A stretch of DNA of 62,611 bases, the filler included, from Sphacelaria rigidula (lineage: Eukaryota): the NCBI GenBank assembly GCA_964200075.2. It is 10 parts of 10 records of this genome, joined end to end, with 100 filler letters (N's around TTAATTAATTAA, not from the genome) between each part and the next. Parts side by side here need not be neighbours in the genome. Positions count along the whole stretch, not along the records: positions 50,170 to 56,340 come from CAXNAA020021766.1; positions 56,441 to 62,611 come from CAXNAA020021767.1; 8 more parts are not named here. The stretch is one strand, 5' to 3'. A program made the position numbers and the translations under genes. How positions within the stretch are numbered: position 1 is the first letter of the stretch; every line of letters begins with the position of its first letter. Under the pieces are notes generated by a model that was not told the DNA's origin, made no database searches, and saw only the letters and a program-made list of their open reading frames with translations. Below are positions 52,636-62,611 of this stretch, piece after piece.

Positions 52636-53568
52636 AGTAAACGTCCAGATAACGGAACAACACCACCAATTGAGGAACCCTTCTTTGAATCGCCCATGAC
52701 TCCGCGAAATATCGATCGTTTTCAATGCTGTTTTTTCCGCGTGTGCACGAGAGTCCGACGCTCCGTTTGAGCTACTGCGCATGCTTTTTGCATCAGAAAA
52801 CAACATCCCACAGCACCGCGATAATAAGCGCGTGTGCGCCCTTCTCCAAAATCAGCTTTTGGGTCGATCCGCTGCTAAGCATGCAGAGAGTAAGGGTCGA
52901 CTCAGAACGTGCAGCAGAGGCCGTAAAAGCGGTACGCAGCGGTCGCATGATCTTCCACACTGCTACGAAGACCTGAGACATCTCTGTCGGGTCGCTACAG
53001 AAGCATGTCAGTGGACACAATATTCGTGGGATTCAGAGGGCAGTTTCAGATCCAGAGTGGATGCTCTAGCTTTCCCAACAGGCAACGTTTTTTGTTTTTT
53101 TTTGCTTGAGCACACGTGCTGTGCATGCAGCTACCGTACAGTACCCCATTCGAGGAATTCGGCGGTCTGGTTGGTGAGATACCGCACAAAGCATTTTTAC
53201 CCCTGGGGGGCATTTCGGAACTGAAACTGTTTCAGGCACTAATCGGTTTTTCCTGAAAGACGGGACCTTTTGTTGCAATGGATTGACTACGTCGTTGCGA
53301 TCAAGTGATGTGTCAACTTAATCGCGTAGGTGACAGTTTTCATTGAAGCTACCGCTTCACCAGCTGGGCGCATTACTNNNNNNNNNNGACGGGAAGGTCG
53401 ATTGTTTCGGGTCTCACTCTGAATCTGAAACTACGTTCTGAATCTCACGAATATAGTGTTAGTGATGGCGTGGGCATAGCTGGCAGGTCTGGCTTGGGTA
53501 CTGTACTGTCAACGGGGGAAGAAAATTCCATCGAAGATATGCTGACATTTGCGGCAGCTCGTCAACGG

Positions 53569-55599
53569 TGTCATGCGTGAGAGGACCGCGAGCTTAGAGG
53601 ACCTGTGGCAGGTTAGGGGCATCGCCTGGTTAAGGGCATTTTTCCGATTAAGGGCATCCGGTCCGGGTTATGGGCATCCGCCCCTGATTACGGGCGTCCG
53701 CCGCTGACTATGGGCAACCGCCCCTGGGAAGGGGCATCGGCCCCTGGTAATGGGCGTCCGGCCCTGACTAAGAGCAACCGACAAGGTCCCCGTGTACGGA
53801 CCACCGCCCCTGCTTGTAAGCAATCGCCCCTGCAGAAGCGCAAAATGTGTCACCATGATATCCGCGTGCGATACAGGTGTCTTCTGGTTATGGGCGTACG
53901 ATACAGGTGTATCCTGGTCATGGGCGTACGATACAGGTGTATCCTGATCATGGGCGTACGATACAGGTGTATCCTGGCCATGGGCGTACGATACAGGTGC
54001 ATCCCGGTTATGGGCGTACGATACAGGTGTCTCTTGGTTATGGGCGTACGATACAGGTGTCTCCTGGTTATGGGCGTACGATACAGGTGTCTCTTGGTTA
54101 TGGGCGTACGATACAGGTGTATCCCGGTTATGGGCGTACAATACAGGTGTCTCTTGGTTTTGGGCGTTCGATACAGGTGTATCTTGGTTATGGGCGTACG
54201 ATACAGGTGTCTCCTGGTTATGGGCGTACGACACAGGTGTCTCCTGGTTATGGGCGTACGATACAGCTGTGTCCTGGTAATGGGCGTACGATACAGGTGT
54301 CTCCTGGTTATGGGCGTACGATACAGGTGTATCCTGCGTACGACACAGGTGTCTCCTGGTTATGGGCGTGCGATACAGCTGTGTCCTGGTGATGGGCGTA
54401 CGATACAGCTGTGTCCTGGTTATGGGCGTACGATACAGCTGTGTCCTGGTTATGGACGTACGATACAGGTGTCTCCTGGTTATGGGCGTACGCTACAGCT
54501 GTGTCCTGGTTATGGGCGTACACCTGTATCGTATCGTACGCCCATAACCAGGAGACACCTGTATCGTACGCCCATAACCAGGACACAGCTGTATTGTACG
54601 CCCATAACCAGGACACAGCTGTATCGTACACCCATAACCAGGAGACACCTGTGTCGTACGCCCATAACCAGGAGACACCTGTATCGTACGCCCATAACCA
54701 GGAAACACCTGCATCGAACGCCCATAACCAGGACACAGCTGTATCGTAGGCCCATAACCAGGAGACACCTGTATCGTATGCCAATAACCAGGAGACACCT
54801 GTATCGAACGCCCATAACCAGGAGACACCTGTATCGTACGCCCATAACCAGGATACACCTGCATCGAACGCCCCTTACCAGGACACAGCTGTATCGTACG
54901 CCCATAACCAGGATACACCTGCATCGAACGCCCCTTACCAGGACACAGCTGTATCGTACGCCCATAGCCAGGACACAGCTGTATCGTACGCCCATAACCA
55001 GGAAACACCTGCATCGTACGCCCATAACCAGGACACAGCTGCATCGTACGCCCATAACCAGGACACAGCTGTATCGTACGCCCATAACCAGGATACACCT
55101 GTATCGTACACCCATAACCAGGAGACACCTGTATTATACGCCCATACCCGGGACACACCTACATTGTACGCCCATAATCGTACGCCCATAACCCGGTGAC
55201 CGGATGCCCGTATCCAGGGGCGGTTGCCCGTGACACCGACCGGTTGCCCGTAGTCAGGGGCGGACGCCCGTATTCAGGGGGCGGATGCCCCTCACCAGGT
55301 GTGGTTGCCCATAGCCAGGGGCGGACGCCCGTAACCAGGGGCGGGTGCCCATAACCCGGACCGGATGCCCTTAATCGGAAAAATGCTCTTTACCGGGCGA
55401 AGCCCTTAACCTCCCACAGGACCGCATCGGTATTTGAACATCACTATGGTGAGGGTGAGGATTACGGTTAGTGTTAGGGTTATGGTCAGAGGCGCGGTAC
55501 CTTCAGGGACTGACCCGATTGGTGTTGAAAAACGTCGCTCCTGAGGTGTTTCAAATCACGGCGCGGTCCTCTAAGTACGCGGTCCTCTCACGCATTACA
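53569..55599. mobile_element. Telomere-motif MITE split by a nested foldback element
   Basis: AACGG|TGTCATGCGTGAGAGG...CGCATTACA|AACGG. Removing 53604-55423 restores a normal ~210-bp copy. Confidence 0.9.
53604..55418. mobile_element. 1.8-kb foldback element with inverted 30-bp tandem arrays
   Basis: GGACC|TGTGGCAGGTT...AACCTCCCACA|GGACC. Outer inverted arms made of ~21-bp subrepeats, then ~21-22 copies per arm of GTTATGGGCGTACGATACAGGTGTCTCCTG, inverting near 54520-54535. Confidence 0.9.
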
Positions 55600-58500
55600 A
55601 ACGGGCCTAACTAGAGATGGCCTGGAACAGGCGGTTATGACACTCTGCAGCGACTACCGGCCGGTGCCATAGAACCTGACAGTAGGCTCTGGTCGAAAAT
55701 GGCCCGATCTGTTCCCTCGGAGGCACCCGCGGCTTGGTGAGCGCAGCAACGGCATCTGCAAGGCCAACGGGGTGGTGCGGCCGACGAAGAAGATCGCATG
55801 CCGGAGTTTTATGCGGCCTGTGAGGACTACGTGGACAAGAAGAAGTTAGCAACCGACCACAGGTGGGACACTGACGAGACAGGTGCTTTACAGTCTGTCA
55901 AGAGCCGTTCCGTTTATGTGATACAACGCATGTGTCTAGAGCTAGAGCCAGAGAGTGTTGCTGTGGAGTGATGTTCGTCTGCTCTCAATTATGCTGCGTT
56001 TGAAACTATATTATTCTCGCCGCATTCTTCGCCGTCAAAGCACTTGGCGTTCGCCTGCCCATTGCTGTCTTGGCGTGTTCTGTTGATTGCCCATACTCTT
56101 CATAGAGGTACTGCCCATACTGTCTGTAGAGGTGTTGCAAGTACCGCGGTTAGAGGTGGTGCCAGTACTGTGCGAGTCATCCTACGATAGGGGGGGGGGT
56201 ATTTGGTTGCACGAAAAAAGAGGCTTATAAGTGTATCAGACATCCTTCCACACTTACTTGCGTTGCGCTTGTATTTGGTTCCAAACGATGTCAGGCAGTA
56301 TGGATGAGCGTTATTGATTCACAACAAGCTTGTTGTGAATNNNNNNNNNNNNNNNNNNNNNNNNNNNNNNNNNNNNNNNNNNNNTTAATTAATTAANNNN
56401 NNNNNNNNNNNNNNNNNNNNNNNNNNNNNNNNNNNNNNNNCGTGCAAGAGAGATATGCCACTTCAGCCTCATATTTTGTATGAACCCCAAAATATAAAAT
56501 CGGCTGTTAGTTAATCGATTTTGGCCACGAAACTTTGTGGGTTTCTTTCTTGGATTTTGCGACGGTAGAGTGGTCGCGAAAAAAATGATAAAAATACTGT
56601 AGTGCCGGTTTTCCGGGGTCCCACAATGGATGACTTCGATAAAACGGCCTCGATCCCGTCGGACCCCCGAACCACGATAAACAAAATCAAGAATTAGAAA
56701 CAACTCGTTGATCGAAACTTGCGTAATGATTCATAGCACATTTGTGCAAAGCTTCAGGGCCTAACCCCTCATAAATGCGCGAAGATTTGCGCGTTTGTGC
56801 GAGGATGTGAGATCAAAACGTGAAAACTCCTAACTACTTGGTGCGAGTATCAAAACATCTTTCAGGGTGAATTTTACGTCAAGGCAGGAAAAATTGTGTA
56901 ACATTTTCGAGTTTCTCCACAAAAACTTGTACATACATGTGTTTTTTGGACAACCCTGGGACGCATCATGTTATTATTTTATCTTTCGAGTCGTTCTGCA
57001 CCGCCTTTCGGGGGTCTTTGTACTGGGACCCCCGGAAGCCGGTAGAGAACGGAGATATTTTGAACCCATGTCAAGATCACAATTTCTTCCATTTGTAGCA
57101 TCAACACCTACGAAACTGCCAAGTTCGAGGATGATCTGAGCTTTTCTACAACAGATATGAGGGAAATCGTCACGAGGCTCCCTGGGTCTTTCCTGCGTAT
57201 CATGAGAGGAAATTAGACGACGTCAAACTCCACATCACCGAAACATTACGGTTTCGGATATGTTTTGACCTCGTTGGAACCGTATTCAAATCCGTGTCTC
57301 CCTTTACATTCTTGAGGTGATGACGGTCACTACGATTTGAAGGATGTGGAGATTCGGTGGAAATTGGGCTTGGAATTCGTATTTTCAATTTCGGAACAGT
57401 TTGATAGGTGCTGGTTGGTCGAGACACATTTTTATCCATAGCGCCACCGCTATGGCATTAAAAGCACATCCGGCTATGTCGCCCTCTTCGTCTGTTCATT
57501 GCGGTCAGTATGGTGGCATGTATGCGACTATTGGGTGCGTATTGCAGAGGGCATTTGCTGATGACAGAATTTGTTTTTTTTTCCGCGTGAACCAGCCTGT
57601 AGCGATGCACTCACGGCTCTCCAGACGAAAATTCAAAGCACCACTCTTAGAAACTGAGACGCAAAGTCCAGATTTACACCCCCCAAAACACTCTGTTCCG
57701 GTCAACTTGTCGAGCCTCCACAGGTGGCCACTGGGGGCAGGCTCCAGGACCTTGCAAGCACCTTGCCTCAACCTGCCCAGGCAAGGAAGGTTATCTGCAT
57801 TTGGCAACGTGTCAGGTTGCGTAAGGTACCTTGCGGAAGGTCCTGTAAGATCCTGTAAGGTACGTTGCACAAGGTACGTTGCACAAGGCTGCGCCGGGTA
57901 CCTTGCACAAGGCCCCGAATTTGGACAGGTATCGACGTGTCCAACCTGGTGGGGGCAATAATAAGATTTCCCTGCAGTTTATTATGTCGTGTGTGCTCCC
58001 TGATTTTGCATGAAACGATCCTGCCGCTTCAAGGACAGAATACGAACGTATATATGCCCCCCCCCCCCCCCCCAAAAGAAAAGGAATAGACGCCGGCCTC
58101 AGTACTATACTATGAGTAATACCGCCAACAATTCGCAACCCGTACGAAGACCATCCCGTAAACCCAGTCAAACCGTTGAGGACCGTGATGTATGACGTTT
58201 TTGCCATATATCTATAGCAATTACTTCACTTATCTTTTTCGCCGTTGAAGAGCCTTGGATGCAGGTGCACTTTTTTTCACTTGGTTTTACAGTACTGCTG
58301 AACGGCTTTCCCACAAGCTCTGAGAGGCCAGCATTTGCTCACACTTGATTTTAGAATACGGCGACACAGTGTCATTCGGCCATTCTCAGAAGCTCAGAGA
58401 GGCGAGCATTTGCTCTTACTTGATTTTAGAGTACAGCGAACGGGGTCATTTACTTCTCTCAAGCTCCGACAAAGCAGCATTGCATGATTCCCCTTCACGA

Positions 58501-58837
58501 GGTTTCGGGAGCATCGCTCCCACGGCAGTGCTCTGCATGGTGTTTTCCGCCTTCTTTCCTCGCCATGGCGGTAGACCCTTCGTGCGCCCATGTCACACCG
58601 CACACAGGGCTGTCAGAATCGTCGGAGATGCTACCTCTTACCGTATACAGGTCACTTGAAAATTGAATCGCGGAACGACTCTCCGTCCAACCTCGGCGCA
58701 CACCGGAAGCATGTTGTGATCTTGCCCGCATGTCGTTCCCTTTTCCTGTCTCTATGCTGCTGCTTTTGCTCTGCCATACATGCGGTTTTTCGTCATGAGG
58801 TGCCGGCTTCTGTTTTTCATGTTTTAGCCGGTAGACG

Positions 58838-59375
58838 GTCGCTCTGGTGTCTCAGTTGGTAACCCCCAAACCTTATGGCGGTTGGGTCGTCGGTTCGAAC
58901 CTCAGTGCAATCACACGAAATGGAATTTTATCTCACACCATGTTCAACAGTGGACGGCGACTACAATGTTCTCGTGAGATTGAGAATAGAGCGCTGATTG
59001 AGAGTGGCTTTGACTATTCGCTTCAACGAAGCCAGTTTTTCATTCCATGCCTGCTTTTCTTCGCCTCTTGCACTGACGTGTGCATACAGCTACACGTCGA
59101 TATCTTGCTCAGGGGTATCAAGGGTCTCAGTGGCAAGCTTCTACAGTACAGAGAGCATCTTGGGCCTCGTGGAGGAGCATCCCGGAACTGAAACGATTCA
59201 TTGACGAATTGACCGCTCTCTACTCTCAATCGTATCTTCTATTCTCAATCTCACGAAAACATTGTGTACAGGTTGTCGTGAGTAGACAGAATTCGGTTTC
59301 ACGGTCGACCAGCGAAAGGGACCGCTGAACCCCTCTCGCGATGAAAACGTGAGGCGACCACCACAGAATTTCCTG
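58838..59375 (+). mobile_element. Diverged SINE family A copy interrupted by a MITE
   Basis: Head GGTGTCTCAGTTGG...GGTTCGAACC. The body resumes after the 58964-59264 insertion (ACGGTCGAC...GAACCCCTCTCGCGA). Confidence 0.6.
58964..59264. mobile_element. 301-bp TIR element nested in a SINE
   Basis: CAATGTTCTCGTGAGATTGAGAATAG...CTATTCTCAATCTCACGAAAACATTG; no clean TSD. Confidence 0.7.
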
Positions 59376-60305
59376 TGTTGACCTCCCTTCTGTGTTACAC
59401 GTAAGGCAAACAACTACTGTATCAGCATGGATATCGCATCATGGTCTCGACTTCACTTCATTTGTACTGTTTGAACCCTTTTGGGACCGGAATCCTAGAA
59501 GCAGGTGGTTTGCACGCAGGGGCGTTTCCATGAATCGGTAATTTGTTTGCTTGTAAACGATTAAATGTTATGTCGATTCATACACAGACCACTGCATGCA
59601 TATCACATGTTTCTGGGGATCTCGTCACAAAAGGGATAATCCTTTGACCGGTAGGGTAGGTCATCTCGACCACGCTGTAGTTTGTGAAGTCCAAGTAACT
59701 GATGCCGATTGAACAACAAATGACCTATCATGGCGGTCAAATGGTCAAATTCGTTGCCACTATATGGGTTCTTGGTTTGCGGGGGCGGTCAGTTCCTCAG
59801 GTTCACTTTTGATTGCGATGCGTTGTTTTGAGCCTTCGTACATGCTCATCATCCATATTGCTCTTCGGGCTGAAAACGAAACAAACAAGAAGTTTTTTTG
59901 AAAATCGAACCGGCATCATGCTCATGAAACAGTCAGAAGACACGACAATTTTCTCCCGCCGCTTTCCATTAACCATTTAACAACGAAAATTAGGCAATCT
60001 GTTGAAGTGGCATCAATTTCACTCAATAAAAGTGTCTATGATCCAGATTTGCTACCGCGCCCAGTCCATGAGCTTACACAACGCACACAGCTATCATGGG
60101 TGCTCATGTACCTTGGCTGTCGACCCACTGATCGTGGCGGCGAAGCCGGAGAAACGCCACGTTGCGGTTGTCGTGTGCTCAACTGTTCTGCTATTTCTGG
60201 AGCCTGTTTCGTACAATGGGTCATGTCTGTGACGTTGAATCCGGGGTTGTCCGTGTTTCGGGAGATATCGGTCGCTACTGTTGGTCGAGTGTTCTTTGCT
60301 GTTTA

Positions 60306-60788
60306 GGCCGGATGTTATGGCAAACAGATTTTTGGCCCACGGATTGTTCACCTTAGGGACATTTGACCCCCTTTTTGACCCCCAAACAGGGGAAATCGCC
60401 AACACACGTCTTGGACACTTTTCATCACCCCACAAAGAGGAGCCTAACCTATTTTTCAGATTCGCTTGGCTCCGAGGTTTCAAGATTGGCCGCTGAACAA
60501 ACATTCGTGTGCGAGAATCCGTGCTTGCCGACCCCCGCCAGTTTGCCTAATATTCTTTGGAGATCGCCGTAGATTTTATTGCACACGGATATTTGTTCAG
60601 CGGCCGCTCTCGAAATCTTGAAGCCAAGCGAATCTGAAAAGTGGACTAAGCTTCTCTCTGTAGGGTGATGCAAATTGTCCAAGACGTGTGTTGGCGATGT
60701 TCCCTGTTTGGGGGTCAAAAAAGTGGCTCAAACGCCATAAAAGTGAACAATCCGTTGGCCAAAAGTCTGAGTGCCATAACATCCGGTC
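60306..60788. mobile_element. PIF/Harbinger (Tourist-like) MITE, second copy
   Basis: GGCCGGATGTTAT...ATAACATCCGGTC with TTA TSD; colinear with 5178-5658. Confidence 0.85.
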
Positions 60789-62611
60789 TTATGGACGACT
60801 TTCGCACGACGGGATAGTGCGTCATGTTGAATCCTTGGTCGTCGTTTACCGTGTTATGGGGGATATCGGTCGCTTCTGTTGGTCGATTGTTGTCTTACTT
60901 CTTCGATTTCTCTTATATATCCATTACATTGCGGGTATTGCTGCTTCGTTGTTGCCCACGAAGGAGGGGGAATTAATATTTTATGCCATTTCAGTTGCTG
61001 TTTCTGGACGCTGTTCCGTACGATGGGCGTTTCTGCGGTGCTATAGTACTGGACTCACGGTTGCGAACAATCGTGTGTGTCCGTCGCAAGTCTTTGTGTC
61101 CCCGGGTATCGAGTTCCTATTCGTTGCTGTGGGTGGAAAACGTAAATGAGTGTCTCCGTTTCTGTTCTTCGACGGTGGAGTCTTTTGCCCGTTCTACCGT
61201 ATCGGTACAATCGTCAAAACACCATTAAGCCTCTTCTTCATACCCTGCCCCTGGGACACGGGTCTCCATAATATGCACACAGCGCAATATACTGCACTTG
61301 AAGCTATGATCTGTTCCGTCACCTAATGCGAGCAACGACGACCGGTCCTCATGTACCTTGGCTATCGATCTCATTGAGCGTGGCGGCGGAAGCCGCCGAA
61401 CCCCTTGTATATTAATATATATATATATATATATGGCAGAGGCGTCATACCCCGCGGTTCTCAACAGTTTGAATGGGTCTACGGAATGGTGTTAGTACGG
61501 GTTGCGACTTGCTGGCAGTATTTGTCACAGGATCGTTCTTGGGCCGAAGTCTGTCACTTGTTTGGGGTGTATATTTGTTCGTGTTATGTCCTTTAGGTGG
61601 CACACACGTGGACAAATAGCACTCTGTGGGTCACGTCTACAGGGTTCAGGGAAATTGTGCAGTGTTTCTCGCGGGGATTTGGCTGTAGGTTTTGTTTTGC
61701 GCCCCACAGGACGCTTCAAAGGGTTCAGGGAAACTGTGCAGGGTTTCTCGAGGGGATTTGAGAGTAGGGTATTATTTTGTGCCACATGGGGCGCTTCACA
61801 GGGTTTCGTCACTCCGTGTAGAATTCATCGCTGTTAATATGCTGTGCAGCCTTCACAGCACGCATACAATATACTCTATACAGCATGGGCATGGTACTGG
61901 CAGAAAAAACGGTCGAGAAGTGGCAAAGGGGAAAATTGAACAGATGTTTTCGTGCACGGAAGCGCGTCAAGCTGCCCATTTAGCCACCTGAACTGATGTC
62001 TGCGACAAAATTATTTTGTCCTTCTAATAACTATCAAAGAAAAAATTCTCCAAACAAAAGCATACTCAGTTGAGTGATTTTGGTAGACTGTGGACCACGG
62101 GGTTTTCAAAAGTAATGTGGAGTCATATGCGAGGTACTGAACACACCACCATCCCACTATCCACGTCTTGAGCGGAAGCTTAGTATCTAAACTCGTAGGC
62201 GTGTGGACATACACTCGATCGTAATCAGTGTGTCGGATCTCCATTCATCAAAAGCTGTTGAGAATAATTCATCCTTTAGCCCATGTGCATGGATCGGGGG
62301 GCAAAAGGATGAATTATTTTCAACAATTTTTTCTTCTTGTCGGATCCCATATGCTGAAAACGGTGCAGTATGCGGGATATGCCCAGCTGACGCTGTTCGC
62401 AATAAATATCTTTTCCCCCAATCTACGGATGAAATGGAGGGCAAAGTGAAGTTTTATTTCGAGCTTCTTCTGCTGTTTAAATTCCAAATCTGCGAGTGTG
62501 CATGGGATTTGCGTTAAACGAGCGAAAAAATGATCTATTGAGCAATGCTGCGGTAGGGGTGCACTTTTTTCGCGAAATTTTGTCTGGGTCAGGGGCTCCT
62601 AACGATTCTAG

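Noticed and set aside
52790..52850. Rab GTPase exon (minus-strand TRAYYRGAVGC)
   Set aside because: No DTAGQE before it, no LLVYD after it, and no other Rab exons; probably chance.
53866..55190. CRISPR array or repeat-protein genes (e.g. the 493-aa ORF 53710-55191)
   Set aside because: Units are contiguous with no unique spacers and no cas genes. ORFs are open in several frames on both strands because the 30-bp unit lacks stops.

Overview
This is eukaryotic nuclear DNA, most likely from a brown alga or close photosynthetic stramenopile (inferred from the ASAFAP-type plastid presequence and short GT-AG exons in long, TE-filled introns). It is not one locus. Ten separate contigs of about 6171 bp are joined by 100-nt N-linkers containing TTAATTAATTAA, so adjacency across linkers means nothing. 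Partial spliced genes I could reconstruct by hand: the 3' end of a CEP120 homologue, the 3' part of a ROK-family kinase with a large insertion and a C-terminal membrane anchor, a TVP38/TMEM64 (VTT) membrane protein, and the first exons of a plastid (probably thylakoid-lumen) protein head-to-head with a second candidate gene. The rest is mostly mobile DNA: a frameshifted Ty3/Gypsy pol, a decayed zinc-knuckle gag, a LINE family with C-run tails, two tRNA-derived SINE families and several MITE families. The most striking structure is a 1.8-kb foldback element built from two inverted 30-bp arrays (TGT..ACA ends, 5-bp TSD), nested inside a telomere-repeat-bearing MITE with the same end and TSD signature. 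No CRISPR array, rRNA or intact tRNA was found. Family assignments come from recalled motifs, not database searches.
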